Of a stretch of 64,000 nt of DNA, positions 38,401 through 47,963 are shown one piece after another. The notes under the pieces are model-generated. The model searched no databases, had not been told where the DNA came from, and saw nothing but the letters and a program-made list of their open reading frames with translations. The DNA is from Escherichia coli phage NG_S8. The DNA lies in the sequence record LC788711.1. One strand, 5' to 3'. Within the stretch, counting starts at the first letter, position 1. Every line of letters starts with the position of its first letter. Both the position numbers and the translations under genes were made by a program.

Positions 38401-39156
38401 TCTCATTGCTTCTTCGAAGGAGATTGCATAACCAGCAGCCTCTTGTAGAGATCTAGCTAGAGTTTGTACAGGAGTACCTGTTTGAGTACCAACAATAGTA
38501 CCAAACTTCTCAAGACGGTTTAACTGGTCACCCATCTTAAGTTGTTCGAATGCAGATTGTAGAACGAACACGTTAGACGCGATAGCAGCATACATAAGAG
38601 GTAAACTACCACCCACTTTAGCCATTGCTGCGAAGTCACGAGTAGCACCACGTGCTGAACCAGAAGTATTACCAATTGCACGACTAGCACGTCCTGCGGA
38701 GGTAGTTGTATCGTTAAAGCCTCTAGCAGTATTGCCTAGTGCTCGGTTAGTATCATATAATCTATCTTGAACTTTTTCGGTTGCAGCAGCTACATCGTTA
38801 CCCATAGCCTTAACAGATTTACCCACATGTGTAAATCCAGACTCTAGCTTCTCAGATACTTCGATCATAGCAAGGGCAAGATCATCTAGCTTATCACCAA
38901 TACCTTCAATGGATTTAGTGATACCAGCCATACCTCTACTAGCCTGCATTTTAGTTAGACTTTTAGCTGCTCTATCCGCCGCCCTCTCAATGGAGTAAAG
39001 AGTTTTGGGCATTTTTCCTAACTGCTCATTAGTCAGTTCGGAAGCGGCAGCAGCATTTTCTAACGCATCGGAAACGTTCTCGATAGATTTTGCAGTACGG
39101 GTTGCCCCTTTCTGCTTTACATCTATAAGTAGTTCTCGTATTAGCTTATCAGTCAT
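35446..39156 (-). CDS. tail tape measure protein (pb2-like, 1236 aa)
   Basis: Long alpha-helical, Ala/Gln-rich coiled-coil protein with hydrophobic segment near C-terminus; upstream of baseplate genes. Confidence 0.85.
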   Translation of the reverse strand: MTDKLIRELLIDVKQKGATRTAKSIENVSDALENAAAASELTNEQLGKMPKTLYSIERAADRAAKSLTKMQASRGMAGITKSIEGIGDKLDDLALAMIEVSEKLESGFTHVGKSVKAMGNDVAAATEKVQDRLYDTNRALGNTARGFNDTTTSAGRASRAIGNTSGSARGATRDFAAMAKVGGSLPLMYAAIASNVFVLQSAFEQLKMGDQLNRLEKFGTIVGTQTGTPVQTLARSLQEAAGYAISFEEAMRQASSASAYGFDAEQLNKFGLVARRAAAVLGVDMTDALNRVIKGVSKQEIELLDELGVTIRLNDAYADYVKQLNAANTGITYNVNSLSTFQKQQAYANAVIAESTKRFGYLDDVLRATPWEQFAANADAALRKVQQAAAKYLGPVIDSINAVFYTSQASISASAARAQEETNRQIDPANVGAVALSLSASEEGYNKALDMYKESLEKRNKLKADLDKRMQQADASTAGAIRLVAQGAPVGLAAGGFEVGGVRIGSSEENQKFIADTAALALQVERLDKEVEDSTGNLNAWKSAYQAAGAAAAKSNTAFQKQINLQKDANDPDAVYDFNSATLKGLTEQQKAYDQAKKTASDLANDIQNIAQNTNTAAKTSASLSDTIKTIESLSAGTGKNADEYVKSLNLGYNTLSEMKTASQALAGYVKLTGNETKNQLEVQQKIAEVYNQTKDKEKAQEAGRRLEIQQLEEQEAALKRVLETNKGNKAIENEIAKVQLERIKITNQDMEAQKKVKDYTDKILGVDREIALLNNRTMTDTQYRLAQLNLELTIEKEKYVWYSKQIDKQKEAEQSRRAQAQIEREIWKARLDNISRVAAKRQEAFENTLTGMYPLAGEMQKMEMQLEFYKQMKEFTKGNADEQMRWNSEISKTQAQMSALAAQRNAQMQQQVGSSVGATYTPTTGLSGDDKAFADMQNRMASYDQAISKLSELNSEATAVAQSMGNLTNAMIQFSQGSLDTTSLVAAGMQTVSSMIQYSVGQQVSAIDAAIAAEQKRDGKSEQSKAKIKKLEAEKLKIQQDAAKKQIIIQTAVAVMQAATAVPYPFSIPLMVAAGLAGAMALAQASSASGMSSIGDSGAETAGYLTLGERQKNVDVSMSANAGELSYIRGDQGIGNANSFVPRAEGGNMYPGVSYQMGEHGTEVITPMVPMKATPTDELKGSSKGTSGRPIVLNISTMDAASFRDFASSNSAAFRDAVEQALNENGTTLKSLGNS

Positions 39157-39236
39157 TTATTTTTCCCAATAAAAAAGGCTCTGGGCAAATCACCCAGAGC
39201 CAAGCCTCATCGTGGAACGCCCATTGGAGGAAACTT

Positions 39237-39605
39237 TTACTGAGCTCGAGATCTAGCATGCGGTTTAATGTTCGGAGTACGACCATTAGGTTTACTATGC
39301 TTCTCGGCTCTCTTACGAGCTGCATCTACAGCTTTCGAATCAAATATATTGATGATGTGTAGAACAAACTCTTTCTCTATAGGATCAGTAATCCCATAGA
39401 TATCAAATAAAACACCTAGTGCACTTTTGTCTTTTCCTATAAAGATAGGAAAGTCACCTGGTATGAAACAGTCAATAAGACTGTTATAAATATTCATACT
39501 AGTAGATACAATAGGTGGAAAATCTTCGAGTTCAACAGGCATTGCCTTAGGATCAGGTTCAATACCTAGTGACTCACAAAGCATTAAATATTGTTGTTTT
39601 GTCAT
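39237..39605 (-). CDS. hypothetical tail-assembly-associated protein (122 aa)
   Basis: ORF between chaperone-like gene and tape measure gene; weak RBS. Confidence 0.45.
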   Translation of the reverse strand: MTKQQYLMLCESLGIEPDPKAMPVELEDFPPIVSTSMNIYNSLIDCFIPGDFPIFIGKDKSALGVLFDIYGITDPIEKEFVLHIINIFDSKAVDAARKRAEKHSKPNGRTPNIKPHARSRAQ

Positions 39606-39666
39606 TTTAGATGCTGAGGATTTAATGCATTTATCTGCAAAATCGGCAACAGCATCTAGTAACTGC

Positions 39667-40071
39667 TTACGCTTTTGAGCTACGAAAAGTGTCTAAGTGG
39701 AACACTGTCTGGTTGATCCAAGAATCAAACGCAGCAGAGTTCTGCATAAGCATGATAGCATTATCGCGGCTAAATGGAACTTCAGTAGTAGGATCAGCTT
39801 CAGTTTCGATAAGCATCAGCTTCTCAACATCTCCAATCGTCAAGCCAGTCCAGCCAGCAATTGCAGTATCAACGAAAGCTTCAATAAACTTATCATCATC
39901 CTGAACCTGAATCATAGTACCGTTAACCCACTCATCACGCTTAGCGGAAGAGATAACACGCTTAGATGCAGCACGAGACATGTAGTTCAGTTGCAGCTTG
40001 AAGTTAGGCATACCTGGATAAGCCAGCTCAATAGTACGAGTTTCAAGGGTAATATCTTTTAAATTGATCAT
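39667..40071 (-). CDS. putative tail assembly chaperone (134 aa)
   Basis: Small acidic protein immediately upstream of tape measure region; assignment by position. Confidence 0.5.
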   Translation of the reverse strand: MINLKDITLETRTIELAYPGMPNFKLQLNYMSRAASKRVISSAKRDEWVNGTMIQVQDDDKFIEAFVDTAIAGWTGLTIGDVEKLMLIETEADPTTEVPFSRDNAIMLMQNSAAFDSWINQTVFHLDTFRSSKA

Positions 40072-40967
40072 TTCTTTATTTCTCCAAAGAAGTCGATTCT
40101 TACCGGATCAGAGTCTGCAGTAGGGATTACATCCCATTCAACTCTGTATACATCCGAGAATTGTAGGCGTTTTGTTATACGTGCTGAAGGAAAGTCAATC
40201 GAAATATGTTCATTTCGGATGGTTAATGGTATGTCAGTTTCGGGTTCAATATTATAAAACATATCACCAGCAAATCGCTTAGTGTAGTAAAATGCAATTG
40301 TTGCCGAAGCATTCATCTCATTAACATAAGCTCTCTTATTATTATATATTTTGTTTATGTCAAATACGCTTTTATCTTCTCTCCAAGAACATTGTTGCTG
40401 GAATGACATAGAAGCGGATAAAAGAGCCGGTAAAACGTTACTGTTAGTAGATACTCTAGGAGGACTATATGACATAACTTCACCCTGAACAATAGAACCA
40501 GCAGGAGTAAAAGTAGACACCTCAGAGAACTTACCAGATTCAATTCCTACGTTTAGAATAGGAACGCTTTTATCTAGAGAAAAGTCTACAGTAGATACAT
40601 AGCAATTCTCAAAATACACACAGTTATTATCTTTATTAACTATGTATATATTAAACATTGTTGGCTCAATATTTGTACTATAAAGTGGTAGTAGGAATGT
40701 GTTACCCTCTCGGTCAAAGCCCATCCATTCAAAGAAGTTAGCTTCAGTAAGGGTATTACTAAAATTTATAGCCAGCGATATTGAAGATGGAGTTTGTGCA
40801 TTAATAATAGAGTCAGCATAGTTGGTTCTACGATGGATAGTCCTACGAAGAGTTTTAAATTCCTCATAGGACGTATTGATATCGTAATTTGACAGGGCAT
40901 CAAAATGATAAGCCCTGCCATCATACTCAACTATAACTTTTGACTCCCTCATTAGAGAGTAGTACAT
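40068..40967 (-). CDS. hypothetical tail protein (299 aa)
   Basis: ORF between tail tube gene and chaperone; start coupled. Confidence 0.55.
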   Translation of the reverse strand: MYYSLMRESKVIVEYDGRAYHFDALSNYDINTSYEEFKTLRRTIHRRTNYADSIINAQTPSSISLAINFSNTLTEANFFEWMGFDREGNTFLLPLYSTNIEPTMFNIYIVNKDNNCVYFENCYVSTVDFSLDKSVPILNVGIESGKFSEVSTFTPAGSIVQGEVMSYSPPRVSTNSNVLPALLSASMSFQQQCSWREDKSVFDINKIYNNKRAYVNEMNASATIAFYYTKRFAGDMFYNIEPETDIPLTIRNEHISIDFPSARITKRLQFSDVYRVEWDVIPTADSDPVRIDFFGEIKK

Positions 40968-40971
40968 TTAA

Positions 40972-42381
40972 TTAGCCACCAGAAGCAGTAACTGTAATGC
41001 TCTTAGTACCTTCTACACCAGAACCATCTTTAGCTACAGCTTTCACAGTAACTGCACCAGTCTTAGAAGCATCAGCGGTCAGTAAACCAGAAGTTGCATC
41101 AATAGTAGCAGCAGTACCAGAGGAAATAGACCAAGTTACTTCCTTATTAGTAGCTTCAGCAGGTAAAACGTCTACAGTCATCTGAAGAGTTGCGCTATTC
41201 TCAACGGAAGTTGCATCGCCCGCAGATTTAACAGTAATACCTGTTACCTTAACCGGAGCTGCTTTACCACCGTCACCAGTTGCAATCAGATTTGCAATAG
41301 TAGTTTTGGTGTACTTATTAGAGAAACCAAGATAACCTTCATCACCAGTATCCAGATCAGTAGGAATTGCTTTGAACTCTACAGAAGTACCAAGTACATC
41401 GTCAGTCTCAATAGTTGGGATGTTAACGTGAGCTTGCTTAGCAACTAGAACAGCGGCTGGGCGCTCATCGTCATATTCACCGCCAAGTACTAGAGCGATT
41501 TCGAAACGGTTAACTACCTTCAGGGTCTTAATCAGATCTTTATACAGATCCATAGAACCTAGAGCTTTATCGTTAAGATAAGCGGTCAGAGAACCAGTTA
41601 ATTCGAATGCACCAGTAAATGAACCGATTGGGATGTTAACACGGGACATGACGTTAGGAGTCAGATAGGTGATGTTGTTGTTAATTGTAAAGCTACCACC
41701 AGTGATCGGAATGTCATATGCCTTACCAGTATCCATATCCTTAATTTTGAGGATAGTCAGTTTGTTCTTGATGTAAGAACCCTGGATAGTCATGTAAGTT
41801 TCATCATCAATACCCACAGTATCAGGATCAAAGGGAGCAGCGTCCAGAGGGATCAGCTGGTTACCATTACCCGACCAAGTTACACGACCGATATCTTCGA
41901 TATCAACGTTTACTTCAGCCTGGTTGATCTGACAGGAATCGATGTAGCTCCATGCTTTATCAGTAAGGATGTAAATATGTAGCATTGCCAGCTCGTGGTA
42001 TGCGTTATCCTTAAAGTTAACCATGAAGTTAGTTTCGTTAGTGTGAGCACCTGTATCACCATCTAGGTTGATAGGCTTACCACTAGAAAGAGCATGCCAC
42101 AGCATGTAGTCCGGAACGATCTGCTTACTAGTAGTCTTATCTAAGTAAGGCAGGATGTAAGTAGAGAAACTCCACTCAGCTGCGTTCAGGGAGTCGTTGA
42201 AACGTTTTGAACCACGAGTTGGACGCGGACCAGCTTCGTTAACAGTAATATCGGTTGAGTTACTGTCCTGACCCCAAGAAATATCATCTTGAACTAGAAT
42301 CTCTTGCGTGTTGGTCTTATCGTGACCAGTCTTAACCGTAGACACGAAGATTCGAGTATTACGTAATAGTTGTAAAGACAT
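40972..42381 (-). CDS. tail tube protein with C-terminal Ig-like domain (pb6-like, 469 aa)
   Basis: Size close to T5 pb6; C-terminal Big_2-like segment VKVTGITVKSAGDATSVENSATLQMTVDVLPAEATNKEVTWSISSG. Confidence 0.75.
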   Translation of the reverse strand: MSLQLLRNTRIFVSTVKTGHDKTNTQEILVQDDISWGQDSNSTDITVNEAGPRPTRGSKRFNDSLNAAEWSFSTYILPYLDKTTSKQIVPDYMLWHALSSGKPINLDGDTGAHTNETNFMVNFKDNAYHELAMLHIYILTDKAWSYIDSCQINQAEVNVDIEDIGRVTWSGNGNQLIPLDAAPFDPDTVGIDDETYMTIQGSYIKNKLTILKIKDMDTGKAYDIPITGGSFTINNNITYLTPNVMSRVNIPIGSFTGAFELTGSLTAYLNDKALGSMDLYKDLIKTLKVVNRFEIALVLGGEYDDERPAAVLVAKQAHVNIPTIETDDVLGTSVEFKAIPTDLDTGDEGYLGFSNKYTKTTIANLIATGDGGKAAPVKVTGITVKSAGDATSVENSATLQMTVDVLPAEATNKEVTWSISSGTAATIDATSGLLTADASKTGAVTVKAVAKDGSGVEGTKSITVTASGG

Positions 42382-42407
42382 TTATTTATATTCTCCTAAT
42401 CTGTAAC

Positions 42408-42893
42408 TTATCTGCGAAGTGCCCTACGAGGTGGCTGATACCTCACTGTTACATTTATTTCCGCTAAACCATATGGGGCCAGTAGACCCTCATCTGTAGC
42501 TACTGAGGTGATGCTCATATCAGTTGCCTCACATGGGAAGGTCGATCCATTAGGTTTACTAACAGTATATTCTAAATTTCCACCTGTGTCAATGACGGTT
42601 TTTATGTCAGCTACGAGTTTTTCAAGTTGCTCTTGAATATCTGTTTTCTCTTTGTCATACACGAAGATTGGAAGTTCTAAAAACATCCACTGTTGGCCTG
42701 AAGGAAGATACTGCCCAGTTTCAGTTCCGATATGAACTGCCACGAAAGGAAATTCTCGGATTTCCTCGAATTTATAAGTTTGACGAGAAACGTTTCCATA
42801 AAGGTTATTGAAATACTCGTCAGGTTGTGAACCATCCATTTGTGTGGCGATTCGGTCAACCACTGCTTGTGCAATACTTGTTCTGTGATCCAT
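42408..42893 (-). CDS. tail terminator protein (p142-like, 161 aa)
   Basis: Size and position immediately upstream of tail tube gene. Confidence 0.5.
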   Translation of the reverse strand: MDHRTSIAQAVVDRIATQMDGSQPDEYFNNLYGNVSRQTYKFEEIREFPFVAVHIGTETGQYLPSGQQWMFLELPIFVYDKEKTDIQEQLEKLVADIKTVIDTGGNLEYTVSKPNGSTFPCEATDMSITSVATDEGLLAPYGLAEINVTVRYQPPRRALRR

Positions 42894-42896
42894 TTA

Positions 42897-43664
42897 TTAG
42901 GTTCCTTGATTAACCTTGATTTTATATCTAGAGTGAATCAGGTCTCTTGCAGCTTTTGCGATTGCCTCCCCAATAAGTTTTTGAGGGTTTCGAGCGCCAG
43001 GGTAAGGTCGTAGAGAAAGTCTTCGATATGTAGAAACTGCGGGGTTGAACACAGAGTAAGGACGAACCATATAGTTATACGTCACATTCAGCTCTGGAGC
43101 ACCTTTACTAGTTTCTGCATCACGTAGCATAACGTCTTTAATCTTTAAGGAGTTAGCAAAGCGACCAGTTCTGAACTTCAATGGTGCCCCTGCTTTTTTC
43201 ATATCCTTGATTAAATATTCCTTAGCAACTATCTCAAGAATAGCACGCATGTTACTGTTCGATACGAAACGACCGGAAGCACCTGTTACTGCACCAGAAT
43301 AGCCATCTTCAGTATCTCTAGGATCTCCAAAGTTTACCTGAACTCTACCGGTAGAACGTTTTTTACCAGCAGCAGAACGTTTACCTGCTGTTGCTTGAAT
43401 TAAATTCTCTAGAGCGCCTAAATCACCAGAAAGATCTAAATTAGAAGAAACAGCCTTCAGTATAGATGCTGTCCTAACATTTAATAAGTCTTGAGATACT
43501 GGTTTTGAGAATTTGAAAGATACCTGTGCAACTGTACCATCTCTTGTAGGATCTTTCAAACCTGTCTCAACTGTATACACAACAGTATTCTTATTATTCT
43601 CAGATCGTCCTGCAGTATCTAGCTGCTCTTTAATAATTTGTCTAGCTAGATCAGAAAGAGCCAT
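42897..43664 (-). CDS. head-tail joining / tail completion protein (255 aa)
   Basis: Position between capsid and tail modules. Confidence 0.45.
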   Translation of the reverse strand: MALSDLARQIIKEQLDTAGRSENNKNTVVYTVETGLKDPTRDGTVAQVSFKFSKPVSQDLLNVRTASILKAVSSNLDLSGDLGALENLIQATAGKRSAAGKKRSTGRVQVNFGDPRDTEDGYSGAVTGASGRFVSNSNMRAILEIVAKEYLIKDMKKAGAPLKFRTGRFANSLKIKDVMLRDAETSKGAPELNVTYNYMVRPYSVFNPAVSTYRRLSLRPYPGARNPQKLIGEAIAKAARDLIHSRYKIKVNQGT

Positions 43665-44176
43665 TATACTCTCCTGTAGACTTCGATGATTGTACGAATA
43701 TGCTCTGGAATACCAGACTTAGTATTGTTAAACGTAACTGTCTCACCACCAATAGTCTTGGCTTGACGATAATCTTGCTTATGCCAGTGGTCTACTAACA
43801 GACATGCTGCCAGTTTAAGATCTTCAGGCATTGGATTGAAACCACCTTGAGTATACTCTACATCCATATACCCTTCAGGAGGATTAAACTTAAGAAGAAT
43901 AACACCATCAGGATACAGTTTAAACTGTTCCGGGTCTATTTCATTCTCGTTAATAGTCATCTTTGTAATAGATGTGGCTGAGGGAGAACTCAGGAAATAT
44001 TTCCTACGGCTAGGTTTAGTAGTGATTAATTGATCTACCGCATCCGCGTCGTCCATACCTAAAAGGCTAGTAATCAGCGTATTGGCAGATTTAATCATCA
44101 TATCTACTTGAGTTTCAATTTCAGGACGTTTTGCGTTAGCATATAGTCTGTAATCTTCAACAGTGATGATTTGCAT
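43664..44176 (-). CDS. head completion protein (170 aa)
   Basis: Position directly downstream of major capsid gene. Confidence 0.45.
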   Translation of the reverse strand: MQIITVEDYRLYANAKRPEIETQVDMMIKSANTLITSLLGMDDADAVDQLITTKPSRRKYFLSSPSATSITKMTINENEIDPEQFKLYPDGVILLKFNPPEGYMDVEYTQGGFNPMPEDLKLAACLLVDHWHKQDYRQAKTIGGETVTFNNTKSGIPEHIRTIIEVYRRV

Positions 44177-44236
44177 TTATTTTTTCCCAATAAAAAAGGA
44201 GAGCCGAAGCTCTCCTTATCGGCTGAAAAGCCTGTA

Positions 44237-45613
44237 TTAAGCGGCAGCGTAAGCACCAGATACAACGCCGTTTTCGAAGTAACGTTGCAGGTTAACACGC
44301 TGGGTAACGTAGTATGCGTCACGCTGTTTGCCAGCTTGGCGCTCACGTTCAACAGTAACGGCACGCTGACGCGGCATTACAAAGTTATCTTTATAAACAA
44401 TAACTGCGAATTCAGCGGAAGCAGCTTTAGCTGGGAAGTACTCAGAAACTACAACCGGCAGACCGTAAATACGACCAACCTGACCCTGCAGTTTAACAGC
44501 ATCGTTACCAACCTGGGCAACATCCTGCCATTCTTCATCTTCCAGCAGATCGTAGTAAGCATCCATAGATACGATCAGTACCAGTTTGCTCAGTTTCAGA
44601 CCGTGACGGCCCAGTTTACGACGCAGCTTGGAGATAGTCTTAGCAGTTACCAGAACAGAACCGTCAGCTTTAGCTTCGGTAACAACCTTAGCACCATCAT
44701 CAGCAGCCAGTTTCAGCAGACCCTTAGGCTGACCAGTACCATTACCGGACATGAAAGCTTCTTCGATAGAAACAGCGTGTGCTTCGATCAGACGCTTACG
44801 CAGCAGAGGCAGCAGGGAGAAGATTGCATCTTCTTCAGTTTCATCAGTGATGAAGGACTTAGCAGCCAGCTTGTAAGTTTTGAAGCTGATTTCAGTCAGT
44901 TGACCTTTAACTTCGTCACCAACAGTTTCGTCAGTACCGAATTTGGAAGCATCTACCCAAGTAGCACGACCAGCTTCTGGTTCAACGAGCATAGTAAGGA
45001 TTTTGCTGGACATTGGCAGTTCATCGAACAGTGCACCAACTACCAGTTCCTTCTGCAGGTCACGGATAATACGGGTAGAGAAGATAGTTTCGTATGCTTC
45101 GCTAGACATGGAAACGGAAGAAGAACCGTTAACAGCTTTAACGTGAGCCTTACCATGTTCAGTTTCGAATACGTCTTTCTCCATCATATAAGACAGAAGA
45201 ACCAGTTTCTCAACTTCATCTTCGAAAGCATCCTGAGTGCCATAAAGAGCTTTAGCTACGCTATCACCAACGAAGGAACGACCTTCACGAGCTGCCAACA
45301 GAGACTTGATTTCGTCCTGAAGACCAACGATGGTTTCCTGCTGCTTTTCTACAGTCTGTGCAAACAGTTCTGCGCTCTTCTTAGACTTCTCGTCCAGGTT
45401 CTTAACCAGATCCAGAGCCTCTTCCAGACGCTTACGGTCTTCACCAACAGCTTTAGATACTAGGTCATTCATACGAGACAGTTCTTTTTCTTCCTGCTCT
45501 TCACGCAGACGCTTAGCTTCCGCAGCTTTCTGAGCAGCAGTCAGACCTTCCAGAGATTTAGCCAGATCACCCAGACCAAGTTCTTCCTTCAGCTTATTAA
45601 TATCAATAGTCAT
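44237..45613 (-). CDS. major capsid protein (pb8-like, 458 aa)
   Basis: Strong codon bias; N-terminal coiled-coil scaffolding-like delta domain then HK97-fold-sized body; length equals T5 pb8. Confidence 0.85.
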   Translation of the reverse strand: MTIDINKLKEELGLGDLAKSLEGLTAAQKAAEAKRLREEQEEKELSRMNDLVSKAVGEDRKRLEEALDLVKNLDEKSKKSAELFAQTVEKQQETIVGLQDEIKSLLAAREGRSFVGDSVAKALYGTQDAFEDEVEKLVLLSYMMEKDVFETEHGKAHVKAVNGSSSVSMSSEAYETIFSTRIIRDLQKELVVGALFDELPMSSKILTMLVEPEAGRATWVDASKFGTDETVGDEVKGQLTEISFKTYKLAAKSFITDETEEDAIFSLLPLLRKRLIEAHAVSIEEAFMSGNGTGQPKGLLKLAADDGAKVVTEAKADGSVLVTAKTISKLRRKLGRHGLKLSKLVLIVSMDAYYDLLEDEEWQDVAQVGNDAVKLQGQVGRIYGLPVVVSEYFPAKAASAEFAVIVYKDNFVMPRQRAVTVERERQAGKQRDAYYVTQRVNLQRYFENGVVSGAYAAA

Positions 45614-45630
45614 TTTTAAATAATTCTCCG

Positions 45631-46263
45631 TTATTCTTTAACGTAGCCTAAAGCTATCGCAAGTTTTTCTAGTTCAGAAAGATTACGTTCTTGAGCTGGG
45701 ACAGCCTTAGAACTTGTTGCAGTAAAAGATTTGCGCCATTCAGTGTAATCATGGCCATTCATACTCTTAGCGAGGTTGAACGTTGAGTCCTGATTACAGG
45801 GTACAGAAACTACCGAAACTTCGTATAGTTCTAAATCTTTAATAATAAATATGTCAGTAGCTTCATCCCATTCTGCGTCTAGGCAGCGGAATCCGATACT
45901 GAAGGTTTTCAGTACACCGTTTTTAATTAGTGAAAAGATAGCTGGATCAGAACTTTCATAAATCTCGCATTCAATTTCGAGACCCATTTCAGTAGGGTTA
46001 AGATCAATACACTTGCCGATTGGACGACGATGGTCGTGGCCGAAAAGAATAATCGGGTTTTTCATGTAGTTAGCAAGTGCATTAGACGTTTTCCATGCCG
46101 AAGCAGGAATTACGTCACCAGCGCGATCTTTACTAATTGTATTAGCGAATCCACGGATTTTTACAACACCCTCTTTGGATTCGCTATCAATAGACTTAAT
46201 GTAAGCGTCTAAATGAACCGGTGCTGATTTTAACTTGTTATAGTCAATAGCAGCATTTGTCAT
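45631..46263 (-). CDS. prohead protease (pb11-like, 210 aa)
   Basis: Size and position between decoration/portal and capsid genes. Confidence 0.6.
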   Translation of the reverse strand: MTNAAIDYNKLKSAPVHLDAYIKSIDSESKEGVVKIRGFANTISKDRAGDVIPASAWKTSNALANYMKNPIILFGHDHRRPIGKCIDLNPTEMGLEIECEIYESSDPAIFSLIKNGVLKTFSIGFRCLDAEWDEATDIFIIKDLELYEVSVVSVPCNQDSTFNLAKSMNGHDYTEWRKSFTATSSKAVPAQERNLSELEKLAIALGYVKE

Positions 46264-46266
46264 TTA

Positions 46267-46749
46267 TTAAACCTCCGGCGCAGGGTTGATAGTTGTTACA
46301 CACTCATTAGAAGTAATGGAAGTAGATTTACTATCCGTTACAACAACTTTGTAAGTACCAGAGTCTTCTGCAGCAGCTGTAGCTTTGTTGAAATTAGGGC
46401 CAGTAACACCACTTAGTGGAGAACCGTCTTTAGTCCAAGCATAAGTATATGGTGCAGTACCACCAGTAACTGTTACGCCCAGATTAATTGCTGCACCAGT
46501 ATCAACAGCTAGAGTTTTAGCCAGATTCTTCGTGAAAGCTAGAGCCGGAACAACCGGAACAGTAACTTCGTATGCTTCTTTGAACTTATTCCAAACCTTG
46601 CGGTTGGTATGTGCAGTGGTCATTCCAAACTCTTTACGTAGAGTAGCGTAGTTTGGAACGAACTTGTGTGCTGCAACCGTAGCAAAGAAGATATGAGATT
46701 CTGGCAGCTTTTCACCAAAAATGGCCTTTAGACCATCATAATCAATCAT
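46267..46749 (-). CDS. capsid decoration protein with Ig-like domain (pb10-like, 160 aa)
   Basis: C-terminal Ig-like segment GVTVTGGTAPYTYAWTKDGSPL...GTYKVVVTD. Confidence 0.6.
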   Translation of the reverse strand: MIDYDGLKAIFGEKLPESHIFFATVAAHKFVPNYATLRKEFGMTTAHTNRKVWNKFKEAYEVTVPVVPALAFTKNLAKTLAVDTGAAINLGVTVTGGTAPYTYAWTKDGSPLSGVTGPNFNKATAAAEDSGTYKVVVTDSKSTSITSNECVTTINPAPEV

Positions 46750-47963
46750 TCTTTATCCCCATCGGCAGTGCCTTGCGGTCTACCACCTTCTTGACCAGAT
46801 ACACCTGTTGCAGAACCAGCAACGTTAGCAGGAATACGAATCTTATTCATCTGCTCATCATCTAAAGGTTCAAGGTTAAGCTCTTCACGAGCCTCGTTAC
46901 CAGTCATGATACCGTTATTAACCAAAGAGGTTAAATGTTTAGCCTCAGCTTCTTTATCTGGCGTCAGTGCAGCTACTTCCTTAGTATTAGGAGTAACCTT
47001 GTAGCCAAAGAAGAAAGTAAGAGAACTAGTCAGCTTGTTCAGCATAGGAATGATAGTCATGTAATAGAACAATTCGATGTTTGGTCGAATGTTAGCATTA
47101 TTACCACCATCAAGTAACACTTGCGGAACACCAAAGGCAAGACAGATGGATTTATTAAATCCTTCGATATCTTCCTTGAAGTCTAGATCTTTAAAAGAGG
47201 ATATTTGGGAGTACGGTTTTGCTTTCATACCACCATCTAGAATCAGGACAGTAGACTGACCAGTACTAGGATTATAATCGAGTTGTAATTCTTCTTGTTT
47301 ACGCTCACGCAATTTCTTGTTCAGGATTTCATCCGTCTCAAGAATAAGACCAATCACAGTGCCGTTATCGAGGAACTTCTCTTTAAAGTTAAGCATTTTA
47401 GAACGCTTCTCAAGAGAGTCAATAACTGTAGCAACACGAGATTGTCCAGAAATTTGGGAGTTTGTGCCACACACGTAACTGTTATCCTTTATAAAGATAA
47501 TCTCATCTACGCGATAGTCTATCTGGTTATTAAATATGAATTTTTTGATAAACTTATTGGCATCTGCCTCTACTTGCATTAGTGCAGCAGGGACATGGTA
47601 AAGTGCTGTGCCATCCCAATAGATGTATGCACAACCCTCAAAAAGTAGGTCAGTGACTACAAGTCTACGGAATGTGCTTATATCCATGAATGGATTAGGT
47701 CGTACATTTAAGAGAGTGTCTAGAGTCTTTGCCTTGACGCCATTAGCGTACGTGACAATATTATATTTATCTCCGACAGTATAAGAACACTCCGCCGCAC
47801 TATCGATAACCATGTTAGCAGTTCGGTTGAGAATCTCAATCTTACTGTAGGCTTGTCCAGTGGTAAATGGCTTACGGTTAGTGCGATGACTAACTGGTTC
47901 CATGTCTCTTATAATACGTTGACCCGGATTTAGCTTTTCAGTAATCCAGCTTTTTAAACCCAT
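46746..47963 (-). CDS. portal protein (pb7-like, 405 aa)
   Basis: Size and position downstream of terminase; start overlaps upstream gene. Confidence 0.75.
   Translation of the reverse strand: MGLKSWITEKLNPGQRIIRDMEPVSHRTNRKPFTTGQAYSKIEILNRTANMVIDSAAECSYTVGDKYNIVTYANGVKAKTLDTLLNVRPNPFMDISTFRRLVVTDLLFEGCAYIYWDGTALYHVPAALMQVEADANKFIKKFIFNNQIDYRVDEIIFIKDNSYVCGTNSQISGQSRVATVIDSLEKRSKMLNFKEKFLDNGTVIGLILETDEILNKKLRERKQEELQLDYNPSTGQSTVLILDGGMKAKPYSQISSFKDLDFKEDIEGFNKSICLAFGVPQVLLDGGNNANIRPNIELFYYMTIIPMLNKLTSSLTFFFGYKVTPNTKEVAALTPDKEAEAKHLTSLVNNGIMTGNEAREELNLEPLDDEQMNKIRIPANVAGSATGVSGQEGGRPQGTADGDKE

Noticed and set aside
44171-45463. 430-aa plus-strand ORF opposite the major capsid gene
   Set aside because: Low-complexity translation (F/N/S/T-rich), no RBS; antisense artefact of the strongly biased capsid gene.
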